From: Trueperaceae bacterium
GTDB lineage: Bacteria > Deinococcota > Deinococci > Deinococcales > Trueperaceae
Reading direction: 5' to 3'
DNA: 64,000 nt
Assembly (NCBI GenBank): GCA_035266525.1
Contig: DATFNF010000020.1
Location: 35,326-99,325, forward strand
The stretch's first letter is position 1. Each line of letters opens with the position of its first letter. The notes under the pieces were generated by a model, which worked only from the letters and a program-made list of their open reading frames with translations, had not been told where the DNA came from and made no database searches. Position numbers and translations under genes: made by a program. Of the stretch, positions 52,949 to 61,521 are shown piece after piece.

Positions 52949-54229
52949 ATGCTGGACTTGAGGTTCATCCGCGAGAACCCCGACGCCGTGCGTCGGGCGA
53001 TCCGCGCCAAACAGCTCCCGGACGCCCTCGAGAGCCTCGAGCAGCTCCTCCTCGCCGACGAGGAGTACCGGCTCCTGCGCCGCGACCTGGAGGAGAAGCA
53101 GGCGCTCCGGAACGCGAGCAGCAAGCATATCGGGGAGCTCAAGCGCAAGGGCGAGGACGCCGAGCCGCTGATGCGCGAGATGGGCGAGGTCGCCGCGGAG
53201 GTGAAGCGCCTCGAGGAGCGCGGGCGGAGCCTGGAGGCGCGCATCGGCGAGTGCCTGCTGGAGGTCCCCAACCTGCCGCACGCGAGCGTGCCGTACGGCG
53301 AGAGCGAGCACGACAACGTGGTGGTCAAGGAGTGGGGGACCGCGCCGAGCTTCGGCTTCGAGCCGCGTCCCCACTGGGAGATCGCGGCGGCGCGCGGCTG
53401 GGTGGACCTGGAGGCGGGGGTGAAGATCACCGGCGCCGGCTTCCCGCTCTTCCGCGGCCAGGGTGCGCGGCTGGTGCGGGGGCTCGAGGGGTTCTTCCTC
53501 GATCGCCTGGCCGATGCCGGCTACACGGAGCTGGTCGTGCCGCTGATGGTCAACGCCGCGTCGGCGACGGCCACCGGCCAGCTCCCGGACAAGGAAGGGC
53601 AGATGTATCAGGTGCAGGACGGGTACTACCTGATCCCCACCTCGGAGGTGGCGATCACCAATCTGCACCGCGACGAGATCCTGGACACGGACGCCCTCCC
53701 GTTCCTCTACACGGCCTACTCCGCGTGCTTCCGGCGCGAGGCCGGGAGCTACGGCAAGGACGTGCGCGGCCTCAACCGCGTGCACCAGTTCGACAAGGTC
53801 GAGATGGTGGCCTTCACCACGCCGGAGGCGAGCTACGACGCGCTGGAGGCGATGACGGCCACCTCCGAGGCGATGCTGGAGGCTCTCGGGCTCGGCTACC
53901 GCCGGTTGCTGATGTGCACCGGCGACATGGGCTTCACCCAGGCCAAGAAGTACGACCTGGAGGCGTGGAGCCCCGGTCAGCGGCGCTGGCTGGAGGTGTC
54001 GAGCATCAGCAACATGGAGGCGTTCCAGGCCACCCGCCTGCACACGCGCATGCGGGCCGGAGGCGCCGCAGGCAAGGGCAAGCCCGGCTTGGTGCACACC
54101 CTCAACGGCAGCGCGCTGGCGTTCCCGCGCACCATCGCCGCGATCCTGGAGACGTACCAGAACGAGGACGGCAGCGTCCGCGTCCCGGCCGCCCTCGCGC
54201 CTTACGTGGGGCGGGAGCTGCTGAGCTGA
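52949..54229 (+). CDS. serS: Serine-tRNA ligase
   Basis: Track ORF 52844..54229, trimmed to MLDLRFIRENPDAVRRAI, the canonical SerS N-terminus. Class II motifs FRREAGSYGKD and GSALAFPRT. Confidence 0.95.
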   Translation: MLDLRFIRENPDAVRRAIRAKQLPDALESLEQLLLADEEYRLLRRDLEEKQALRNASSKHIGELKRKGEDAEPLMREMGEVAAEVKRLEERGRSLEARIGECLLEVPNLPHASVPYGESEHDNVVVKEWGTAPSFGFEPRPHWEIAAARGWVDLEAGVKITGAGFPLFRGQGARLVRGLEGFFLDRLADAGYTELVVPLMVNAASATATGQLPDKEGQMYQVQDGYYLIPTSEVAITNLHRDEILDTDALPFLYTAYSACFRREAGSYGKDVRGLNRVHQFDKVEMVAFTTPEASYDALEAMTATSEAMLEALGLGYRRLLMCTGDMGFTQAKKYDLEAWSPGQRRWLEVSSISNMEAFQATRLHTRMRAGGAAGKGKPGLVHTLNGSALAFPRTIAAILETYQNEDGSVRVPAALAPYVGRELLS

Positions 54230-54272
54230 GCGCGGGACCGGAGAGGCCGCTCCGCCACGGCGGGCGCGGCGG

Positions 54273-54554
54273 TCAGTCCTCGTCGACCGTGCGAGGCACC
54301 CGCACGAAGCCGTCCTGGCTTGCGTTCGCCAGCTCCAGCGCGCGCTCGCGGGCGAGCGACGGGGTACGGGCGTCGTCGCGCCAGGTGCGCTCCGGGACCA
54401 AGGGCCGCACCATCTCCTCGACCCCTTCGGTGTCGACCTCGGCGAGCTGATCGAAGTACGCCAGGATCTCGGCGACGTCCTCGGCGAGCTCGTCGGCCTC
54501 GGCGGGGTCGAGGTCGAGGCGCGCGAGGCGCTGCAGGTGCGCCATGTCGATCAT
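54273..54554 (-). CDS. gatC: Asp-tRNA(Asn)/Glu-tRNA(Gln) amidotransferase subunit C
   Basis: In the frame of track ORF 54273..55139. MIDMAHLQRLARLDLDPAEADELAEDVAEILAYFDQLAEVDTEGVE. The alternative ATG 54596 would add 14 aa. Confidence 0.85.
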   Translation of the reverse strand: MIDMAHLQRLARLDLDPAEADELAEDVAEILAYFDQLAEVDTEGVEEMVRPLVPERTWRDDARTPSLARERALELANASQDGFVRVPRTVDED

Positions 54555-54652
54555 GGGGCCACGAGCCTGGTGACGGTCGCCGTGGTGCGCGCTCATGCGG
54601 CCGATGCTAGCACGCGTGGTCCGCGGACGCCGGACGCTCCCGCCGGGGCCGG

Positions 54653-55384
54653 TCAGACGAACAGCCGCCCGAGGTAGTAGAAGGCGACCACCAGCACCAG
54701 GGACGGCAGGAGCGCGGCGATGCGGATGCGCTTGATGTCCAGCAGGCCCAGGCCCAGCGCCACGATGAGCAGCCCGCCGACGCCGTTGACGAGGAGCACG
54801 CGCGGGTCGTGACCAGGGTCGGGGACGAGCGAGGCGAACAGGCCCGCCGCCAGCGACAGCCCGCCCTGGTAGACGGCGATCACCACCACCGAGAAGACGA
54901 CGCCGAAGCCGAAGGTGGTGGCCAGCGCCAGGGACGAGAAGCCGTCCAGCGCCGCCTTGAGCAGCAGGAAGCTGGGGTCGCCGCTGAGGCCGTTCTGGAT
55001 GCTGCCGATGAGCGTGAGAGGCCCCACGCAGAACAGCAGGGTGGCGGCCACGAAGCCCTCGGTGAAGCGGCCCTGGCCCCGGAAGCGCCGCTTGAGCGCC
55101 TCCCCGATCGCGTCGAGGCCGTCGTCGAGGCGCCACCACTCCCCCAGCGCGCCGCCCAGAGCCAGCGCCAGCAGCCCCAGGATGATCCCGGGGGGCGTGC
55201 TCACGCGGGTCAGGTCGAGGGCGTTGTCGAACCCGATGAACAGCGTCAGCAGGCCGATCGCCTGCATGACCACGGTGGTGATCCGCAGGGGCAGCCGGCC
55301 GCGCAGGAGCAGCCCGAGCGACGACCCCAACAGCACGGTGGCGAGGTTGACCAGCGTCCCCGACGTCTCCTGCAGCAGCGACAT
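54653..55384 (-). CDS. DUF554-family membrane protein
   Basis: Track ORF. N-terminus GTLVNLATVLLGSSLGLLL and a polytopic profile typical of YdfK/YqgA-like proteins. Confidence 0.78.
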   Translation of the reverse strand: MSLLQETSGTLVNLATVLLGSSLGLLLRGRLPLRITTVVMQAIGLLTLFIGFDNALDLTRVSTPPGIILGLLALALGGALGEWWRLDDGLDAIGEALKRRFRGQGRFTEGFVAATLLFCVGPLTLIGSIQNGLSGDPSFLLLKAALDGFSSLALATTFGFGVVFSVVVIAVYQGGLSLAAGLFASLVPDPGHDPRVLLVNGVGGLLIVALGLGLLDIKRIRIAALLPSLVLVVAFYYLGRLFV

Positions 55385-55429
55385 GCTGGGGCGGATGCTA
55401 CCACGGTGCCCGCCCCGTCCGGCAGGCGT

Positions 55430-56044
55430 CTAGCGCTCGCGGTCGGCGTCCGCGCCGCGCGGACCCGGCTGGCCCAGCGGCGCCGTCAGCAGGGGCGTGT
55501 GGCGAGCGCCCCCCTGCTGCAGCTCGCTCTCGAACAGCACCATCGCGGTCACGGGCCAGGTCGCCGCGGCCGGCTCGAAGCCCGCCAGAGCGTCGTCCAC
55601 CTGGGCGCGGTCGACGCCGCGCAAGGTCTTGACACGGGCCAGCGTCAGGTGCGGCACGAAGCGCTGGCGATCGGGGCTCCCTGCCGCTCCGCCCAACGCC
55701 TCCGCCAGCCCTTGCTGCAACCGCTCCAGGGCGCCGTCCGCGTCGTCGCTGAGGCCGATCCACAGCACGCTGGGGCGCCTGGCGTTGGGGAAGGCACCGA
55801 GGCCGCTGGTGCGGGCCACGAAACGCCGTGAGGTCCGGGCCACGCCCGCCACGGCGCGCGTCACCCGGGGCACGCTCGCCTCCTCGACCTGCCCGAGGAA
55901 CGCCAGCGTCAGGTGGGCGGCGTCGGGATCGGCGAAGCGCGCCTGCAGCTGGGGCAGGGCGCGGCGCAGGTGCTCGCCCGCCCGCTTCGCTTCCGTGCGG
56001 ACCTCCGGGGGCGGGACCAGGGCCACGAACAGGCGGCGGCTCAC
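55430..56044 (-). CDS. thpR: RNA 2',3'-cyclic phosphodiesterase (2H phosphoesterase, LigT/ThpR)
   Basis: In the frame of track ORF 55430..57022. Two HxT motifs (AHLTLAFLG and PHLTLARV). GTG 56044 overlaps the amidase stop (GTGA). Confidence 0.85.
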   Translation of the reverse strand: MSRRLFVALVPPPEVRTEAKRAGEHLRRALPQLQARFADPDAAHLTLAFLGQVEEASVPRVTRAVAGVARTSRRFVARTSGLGAFPNARRPSVLWIGLSDDADGALERLQQGLAEALGGAAGSPDRQRFVPHLTLARVKTLRGVDRAQVDDALAGFEPAAATWPVTAMVLFESELQQGGARHTPLLTAPLGQPGPRGADADRER

Positions 56045-57015
56045 GGCGCGGCGCTCCGGGTGCCGGCCGCACCTCGAGCGTGCGCGGGCGCGCCCGCCTG
56101 CACCGGCGCGCCCGCCGGCCGGGGCGGCCCCGGCGGGATGCGCTGCACGTCGTGGAGGTAGCTCACGATGCCGTCGGCGAGCGCGGCGGCGAGCGGTCCG
56201 GGCCGCTCCAGCAGCGCGCGGTCGTGGCGGTTGGTGAGGTAGCCCATCTCGACGATGAGCGCCGGCGTCGCCCGCGCCACCGAGTGACGGAAGTGCAGGG
56301 AGTTGAAGGCGTAGTACTTCAGCATGTCGATCGACACGTTGGCGTCGTCGTCCCCGAGCGCCGTCTCGCTGAGAACGGCGCGATCGATGTCGAGCTTGAG
56401 CAACGGGTCGCGGGCGTTGCGGAGCGGCAGGTAGTGAGCGCTCTTGTAGCCCTCGCGGCGGGGGTCGCTGCTGGCGTCGGCGTGCACCGCCAGCAGCAGC
56501 GTGGCGCGGTACCCCGGGGGCACGGTGGCGCCCAGGATGTCCACCCGGAAGCCGTCGCTCTCCAGCCGTCGGGCCAGCGCCCGCACGATGGCCAGGTTGA
56601 CGTCGACCTCCTCCACGCCGTTCACCTCGGCGCCGGTGGCGGTGCGGAGCTTGGCGAGCTCGCGCGGCATGGCGGTCTCGCGGAGGTGGCCGACCTGCAG
56701 GCCGATGCGCACCGGTCCCCGCAGCGCAGCCAGCGCCTCGCGCAGGGTGGGCGCGAGCCCGCGGCTGGGGTGGCCGACCGCGCCGAAGGCGGACGACCAG
56801 TTGAGGGCCAGCAGCACGCTCAGCGCCAGCAGGAAGCCGCCGCCGAGCAAGACGCGGCGCGCGGCGCGTCCTGGCCGGCGCTGGCGCGGCCCGGGACCGC
56901 CATCGCGGTTGGGCCGACCGGCCCCGCCCGCGCCCGGCGCGTCTCCCGCCGCGCGTTCCCATCCGCCCAGGTGGTCTCCCTCGCGGCCGTCTGCGCGTCC
57001 CGCCACGGCTCCCAC
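56041..57015 (-). CDS. N-acetylmuramoyl-L-alanine amidase (Amidase_3 type), membrane-anchored
   Basis: Track ORF. TM anchor VLLGGGFLLALSVLLAL, then IGLQVGH...LLLAVHADA...IVEMGYLTN. The exact start is uncertain. Confidence 0.78.
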   Translation of the reverse strand: MGAVAGRADGREGDHLGGWERAAGDAPGAGGAGRPNRDGGPGPRQRRPGRAARRVLLGGGFLLALSVLLALNWSSAFGAVGHPSRGLAPTLREALAALRGPVRIGLQVGHLRETAMPRELAKLRTATGAEVNGVEEVDVNLAIVRALARRLESDGFRVDILGATVPPGYRATLLLAVHADASSDPRREGYKSAHYLPLRNARDPLLKLDIDRAVLSETALGDDDANVSIDMLKYYAFNSLHFRHSVARATPALIVEMGYLTNRHDRALLERPGPLAAALADGIVSYLHDVQRIPPGPPRPAGAPVQAGAPAHARGAAGTRSAAP

Positions 57016-57054
57016 CGTACACGAGGCGACGCGTCGCCGGCGTGAACCTTCCGG

Positions 57055-57696
57055 TCAGGCGGGCCGCTCGCCGGTGAGCCAGAACATCACGTGCTCATCG
57101 ACGTTCTCGAGGTGGTCGCCGAGCCTCTCCAGGTAGCGCGCGACCGCCAGCAGCTGCGTGGCGCGGCCGATGGTCTCCGGATCCTCGATCATGTAGGTGA
57201 GCAGCTCGCGCTGGATCTGTTCGTAGAGATCGTCGATCTCCCTGTCCATGGCGTGAGCGCGTCGCGCCGCGTCGATGTCGGACTCGGCGACCGACTTCAT
57301 GGTGGTGTCGATCATGCCGCCCAGCACCTCGAGGATGCGCGCCATGTCCAGGTACTTCTTCAGCGGCGGTCTCTCGGCCAGCGTCACGGCCGATCGCGCG
57401 ACGTGCTCGGCGTAATCGCCGGCGCGCTCGATGTCCGCCAGAGACTGGTAGGCCGCGCCCAGGAACCGGAGGTCGCCGGCGGCCGGCTGCCGGCGCGCGA
57501 TCACGGTGAGGATGCGCAGCTCCAGCGTGGCCTGCATGGCGTCGATGCGGGCGTCGTTCTCGACGCAGCGCTCGGCGGCCGCCATGTCGGACTCGACGAG
57601 CGCGCGACGCGCCAGCTCGCAGGCCTCCCGGACCTGGCTGAGCATGCGCACCAGGGAGGCATTGATGTCCTGCAGGTCCTGATCCAACTGGGTCAT
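57055..57696 (-). CDS. phoU: Phosphate signalling complex protein PhoU
   Basis: Track ORF 57055..57726. Two PhoU repeats (DIERAGDYAEHV and YLERLGDHLENV). I prefer ATG 57696 (MTQLDQDLQ); ATG 57726 is possible. Confidence 0.9.
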   Translation of the reverse strand: MTQLDQDLQDINASLVRMLSQVREACELARRALVESDMAAAERCVENDARIDAMQATLELRILTVIARRQPAAGDLRFLGAAYQSLADIERAGDYAEHVARSAVTLAERPPLKKYLDMARILEVLGGMIDTTMKSVAESDIDAARRAHAMDREIDDLYEQIQRELLTYMIEDPETIGRATQLLAVARYLERLGDHLENVDEHVMFWLTGERPA

Positions 57697-57792
57697 GGTA
57701 GACGGGCGCATCATAACCCACAGCATCGGGCCTTCTCGTCAGAGCTGCGTCAGCCACGCCGTCTGCGAGGCGATGGACGGCGCGCCGGTGGT

Positions 57793-57870
57793 GCGGTGTC
57801 CCGCGGCGCGCGATCCGCGCGGTGTCCGGCGGCGCGCCGTTTTCGCGGTGTCCGGCGGGGCGCCGTGGCG
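57793..57870. repeat. Three tandem 26-bp direct repeats in the phoU / phoBR divergent intergenic region
   Basis: Units start at 57793, 57819 and 57845: GCGGTGTCCCGCGGCGCGCGATCCGC, GCGGTGTCCGGCGGCGCGCCGTTTTC and GCGGTGTCCGGCGGGGCGCCGTGGCG. The first 20-22 nt are nearly identical. Confidence 0.6.
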
Positions 57871-57913
57871 GCCGGCCGGGGCCCGGGATGACGAGCCGAT
57901 GACGGCCGCTCCG

Positions 57914-57919
57914 TATGAT
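57914..57919 (+). promoter_or_regulatory. Candidate -10 box TATGAT for the phoB/phoR-like operon
   Basis: TATGAT lies 62 nt upstream of GTG 57982. A second TATGAT on the minus strand (57715-57710) precedes phoU. Confidence 0.3.
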
Positions 57920-57981
57920 TGAGGCGTGGACCGAGGCGGCTCCTTCCCGACCCGCTACCGAGCGCGGCGAGGCGGGCGGGC

Positions 57982-58677
57982 GTGACCGGCAGGACGGCGA
58001 CGGTGCTGGTGGTCGAGGACGACGACACCGTGCGCGAGCTGGTGGCGTACCACCTGTCTTCCGCCGGCTTCCACGTCGTCGAGGCGGCCGACGCCGAGAG
58101 CGGCTGGGGACGGGTGGAGGGGGCGGATGCGGTGGTCCTGGACTGGATGCTCCCCGGCGAGTCCGGCTTGCACTGGCTGGCGCGCTTGCGTGCGCAACGC
58201 GGACATACCGTGCCGGTGCTGCTCCTGACGGCTCGAGCTCGCGAGGTGGACCGCGTCGAGGGGCTCGAGGGCGGCGCCGACGACTACCTGGTGAAGCCCT
58301 TCAGCGCCGCCGAGCTGGTGGCGCGCGTGCGCGCCCTGCTCCGGCGCGCCCCGCCGCGCGGCACGCTGGCCGTGGGCCCGCTGCGGGTGGACACGGAGCG
58401 CGCACGGGTGGCGCTTCGCGGCAGCGAGGTGGACCTCACCCGGCGCGAGTACGAGCTGCTTGCCTTCTTCGCCGAGCACCCCGGGCGCGTGTTCAGCCGC
58501 TCGGAGCTGCTCGACCGCGTCTGGGGAGAGGACTTCGTCGGCTCCGAGCGCACCGTCGACCAGCACGTGGCGCAGCTCCGGAGCCGCCTCGGCGCCGAGC
58601 TGATCGAGACCGTGCGGGGCCGCGGCTACCGCCTCGCGGAGCCGCCGGGCGCCGCATCCTCGGCCCGCGCGCCGTGA
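57982..58677 (+). CDS. OmpR/PhoB-family response regulator
   Basis: Track ORF 57919..58677. Receiver motifs VLVVEDD, VVLDWMLPG and YLVKPF. Winged helix LTRREYELLAFF...RGRGYRL. The GTG 57982 start is tentative. Confidence 0.9.
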   Translation: MTGRTATVLVVEDDDTVRELVAYHLSSAGFHVVEAADAESGWGRVEGADAVVLDWMLPGESGLHWLARLRAQRGHTVPVLLLTARAREVDRVEGLEGGADDYLVKPFSAAELVARVRALLRRAPPRGTLAVGPLRVDTERARVALRGSEVDLTRREYELLAFFAEHPGRVFSRSELLDRVWGEDFVGSERTVDQHVAQLRSRLGAELIETVRGRGYRLAEPPGAASSARAP

Positions 58678-59639
58678 CCCGCGGGCCCGTCGCCGGCATC
58701 GGCGCCTGGCTCGATGCCCTCGATGAGGGCGTGGTGCTCATGGAGGAGGGCCGCGTGACGCTGGTGAACCGGGCGGCCGCACGCTTCCTGGAGGTGGCGC
58801 CCGAGCGCGCCGTGGGCGAGCCGCTCATCCGGGTGCTACGGGACCATCGCCTGGAGGACGCGGTGGCGTCCGGCCGGACCGTCGAGCTGGAGACGCGAGG
58901 CCGCCGGCTGCAGGCGGTGCCGGTGGAGGGGGCGCTGCTGTTGCTGGACCTGACCGCGCTCCGGCGCGCGCAGGAGGATGCCCGTGAGCTGCTGGCGGTG
59001 CTGTCCCACGAGCTCCGGACGCCCGTCACGGCCATCCGGGCCACCCTCGAGGCGCTCGATGACGACCTCCCCGAGGCCCTGCGGCGTCGCTTCGTGAGGC
59101 GCGCTCGTGACGAGTCCGCCCGCCTGGTACGGCTGCTGGAAGACCTGACCGTGGAGGTGCGGCCGCCGCGGGAGCGCAGCCTGGTGCTGGCCGAGGTGGT
59201 GGAGCGGGCGGTGGCGGTGGTGCAGCCGTCGCTGCGCGCGCACGCGGTGCGGCTCAGCGTCGACGTTCCGGGGACGGCGGTGTGGGCCGATGAGGACAAG
59301 CTGCTGCAGGTGCTCATCAACCTGCTCGAGAACGCCGCGGTGCACGGCCCCGACGGCGGGCGCGTGCACCTCCAGGCGTCGCCGGCGGAGCGGCTCGTGC
59401 GCCTGGAGGTGTCCGACGAGGGCCAGCCGCTGGACCCCTCCCGCGTCCCCCAGCTGTTCGAGCCGCATGCCAGGGCGGACGGCGTGAAGGCGAAGGGCAC
59501 GGGGCTGGGACTCTACATCGTGCGCTCCATCGCCGAGCGCTGGGGCGGCCAGGCGTGGGGCGGCCCGGCTCCGGACGGTGCGGGCAACGTCTTCGGCGTG
59601 AGCGTTCCGCTGGCGCGGCTGCCCGGCGAGCGCGGTTGA
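58674..59639 (+). CDS. Sensor histidine kinase, PhoR-like but without transmembrane segments (PAS-HisKA-HATPase)
   Basis: In the frame of track ORF 57915..59639. H-box SHELRTPVTAI, N-box NLLENAAVHG, G-box GTGLGLYIV. GTG 58674 overlaps the regulator stop (GTGA). Confidence 0.85.
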   Translation: MTRGPVAGIGAWLDALDEGVVLMEEGRVTLVNRAAARFLEVAPERAVGEPLIRVLRDHRLEDAVASGRTVELETRGRRLQAVPVEGALLLLDLTALRRAQEDARELLAVLSHELRTPVTAIRATLEALDDDLPEALRRRFVRRARDESARLVRLLEDLTVEVRPPRERSLVLAEVVERAVAVVQPSLRAHAVRLSVDVPGTAVWADEDKLLQVLINLLENAAVHGPDGGRVHLQASPAERLVRLEVSDEGQPLDPSRVPQLFEPHARADGVKAKGTGLGLYIVRSIAERWGGQAWGGPAPDGAGNVFGVSVPLARLPGERG

Positions 59640-59646
59640 GGCGCGG

Positions 59647-60498
59647 TCAGTCGGCGTCGCCGTCGTCGGAGAGGCGGTTCGGGAACGGCTCCAGCTCGCG
59701 TTGGTGGCGTCCCCGCTCGAGGGCGCGCGGCAGCTCGGGGTGGGTGAGCGTCATGGGGTCGCGTCTGCCGTCGCGCGCGCGCTCGTGCTCGGCGGCGTCG
59801 GCCGGCGCGGGGGCTCCGGGCTCGGGCGGGGCGATGCGGCTCCCCGGGAAGAGGCGGTCGTAGGCGCCGGGCGAGACCAGGACCAGCAGCACGACGGTCA
59901 CGGCGACGCCCAGGACGACGTGCTGGTGCTGCGCCCAGAGCGCGCTCGGCGTGACCGTGCCGTGCCGGGAGTCGAGCAACGCCAGCCCGCCCGTTCCCCA
60001 GGCCAGGGCGTAGGCGAGCACGGCATCGAAGGGGCCCGCCCAGCGGCCGCGACGCGGGGACGGGTAGATGGCGAGCCACCCCAGCACGACCAGCTCCAGC
60101 GTGACCAGCACGGCATCCCAGCCTGCCGCCCCACCGCCGGCCTGCAGGCCGGCGAAGAGGGCGCCGGCCACCAGCCCCACCCCGGGCCCGTACGCCAGCG
60201 CCGTCAGGTAGAGCGGGAAGCGTGCCAGGCCGCCCACCACCTCGACGATCGGCACGGTGCCGAGGCTGCGTTGCAGGAGGGTGCCCGCCAGCCACAGCCC
60301 GAAGGCCAGCAGCACCGCGGCGACCACGCGCAGCAGCAGCCGCGGGCGCAGCAGCACGGCCAGGTCCCGGCGAAGCAGGCTGGTGGCGAGGGAGACCACG
60401 GCCAGCAGGGCCGCCGCCAGGAGCGAGTAGGCGAACACCGGATCGTGCTCGATGGCGTCGACGAATGGCGTCAGCGCGTGCGCGGCCGAGGCGGTCAC
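59647..60498 (-). CDS. Polytopic membrane protein of unknown function with acidic C-terminal tail
   Basis: C-terminal 283 aa of track ORF 59647..62526. About six hydrophobic helices. GTG 60498 overlaps the GT2 stop (GTGA). Confidence 0.55.
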   Translation of the reverse strand: MTASAAHALTPFVDAIEHDPVFAYSLLAAALLAVVSLATSLLRRDLAVLLRPRLLLRVVAAVLLAFGLWLAGTLLQRSLGTVPIVEVVGGLARFPLYLTALAYGPGVGLVAGALFAGLQAGGGAAGWDAVLVTLELVVLGWLAIYPSPRRGRWAGPFDAVLAYALAWGTGGLALLDSRHGTVTPSALWAQHQHVVLGVAVTVVLLVLVSPGAYDRLFPGSRIAPPEPGAPAPADAAEHERARDGRRDPMTLTHPELPRALERGRHQRELEPFPNRLSDDGDAD

Positions 60499-61442
60499 GG
60501 GCGGCGGGACCCTTCCAGCCGCTGCGGCGGGGTTCCCGCCGGCGGGTCGACGTCCGCCAGCGTGGCGCCGAACGGGGGGTCGTCGAAGCCGCCGCCGCGC
60601 GCCATCGCCGCCACCGTGCGATAGGCGTCGCGGCGCTCGCCGGGAGCCATGGCTGCGGCCACCCCGACCCAGGCGAGCAGGCCGGCGCGATGGGCGCGCC
60701 GCAGGGCGGGCGGCAGGTAGCGGCGCGAGAGCTGATAACCGCCGCGTACGCCCTCGACCAGGAAGGCGCCCGCCGCAGGGGTGGAGCTGCCGCCGAGATG
60801 CAGGACGGGCGCGTCGACCAGGCGCGCATGGAAGCCCGCGGCGCGCAGCCGCCGGCAGAAGTCGATGTCCTCGTTGTAGAAGCGCAGGCTGGCGTCCATT
60901 CCGCCCACCGCGTCCAGTGCCTCGCGGCGCAGCACGTGCAGGTAGCCGGGAACCCACGCGACCCGGACGCTGCCGCCAGGCCTGAGCGCGAGACGCAGGT
61001 AGTTGGGGTGGTAGAGCGGGCCGTGGTCCTGACGGCGGCCGCGCGGCGTGCGCGCTACCGGCGCGACCACGCCGGCCGACGGATGTGCCCGCAAGGCGGC
61101 CAGCAGCCGTGGCAGGGTGTCGGGCTCCAGGTACAGGTCCGGGTTCATCAATGCCAGGAAGCGCCCGCGGGTGTGCTTGAGCCCCAGGTTCGCCGCGTGG
61201 GCGTAGGAGTGGTTGGGTGCGGCCACCGTGACCAGCTCGGGGAGCACCGCGCGTGCTCTGGCGAAGACGGCGGGGTCTGCATCGGTGTCCACCAGCACCA
61301 CCTCGGCATGCGGCGCCGCCCGGGCCAGCCGGCGCAGCGCCTCCATAAGGATGTCCGGCACCCGGTAGTGCACCACCACCACGCTCAGCTCCGGCTGCGC
61401 TCGGGCCTCCGCCGCCTCCGCGGCCGTTACCGTCGACGTCAT
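60495..61442 (-). CDS. Family 2 glycosyltransferase
   Basis: Track ORF 60495..61544. LSVVVVHYRVPD, VLVDTDA, LMNPDL and the ED motif YNEDIDF. ATG 61442 is preceded by GGAG. Confidence 0.8.
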   Translation of the reverse strand: MTSTVTAAEAAEARAQPELSVVVVHYRVPDILMEALRRLARAAPHAEVVLVDTDADPAVFARARAVLPELVTVAAPNHSYAHAANLGLKHTRGRFLALMNPDLYLEPDTLPRLLAALRAHPSAGVVAPVARTPRGRRQDHGPLYHPNYLRLALRPGGSVRVAWVPGYLHVLRREALDAVGGMDASLRFYNEDIDFCRRLRAAGFHARLVDAPVLHLGGSSTPAAGAFLVEGVRGGYQLSRRYLPPALRRAHRAGLLAWVGVAAAMAPGERRDAYRTVAAMARGGGFDDPPFGATLADVDPPAGTPPQRLEGSRRP

Positions 61443-61507
61443 ACCGCTCCAGCATGGCATGTCGGGGTGAGGCGAGCGGAGTGACAAAGAACTCATGGAG
61501 CCTCCCG

Positions 61508-61513
61508 TACACT
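61508..61513 (+). promoter_or_regulatory. Candidate -10 box TACACT for the patatin-like gene (leaderless geometry)
   Basis: CCGTACACTGAACAGCG followed by ATG 61522, with an 8-nt gap and no SD. Confidence 0.3.
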
Positions 61514-61521
61514 GAACAGCG

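Noticed and set aside
57025-57038. Perfect 14-bp palindrome GGCGACGCGTCGCC between phoU and the amidase gene.
   Set aside because: It is too short and has too tight a loop to be a convincing terminator. GC-rich palindromes of this size are common by chance here, and I saw no second copy.
57695-57922. 75-aa ORF covering the 26-bp repeats. I also considered whether the repeats form a mini-CRISPR array.
   Set aside because: The ORF product simply echoes the DNA repeat and has no start signals. There are only three contiguous units with no unique spacers, and no cas genes are nearby. This is therefore not a CRISPR array.
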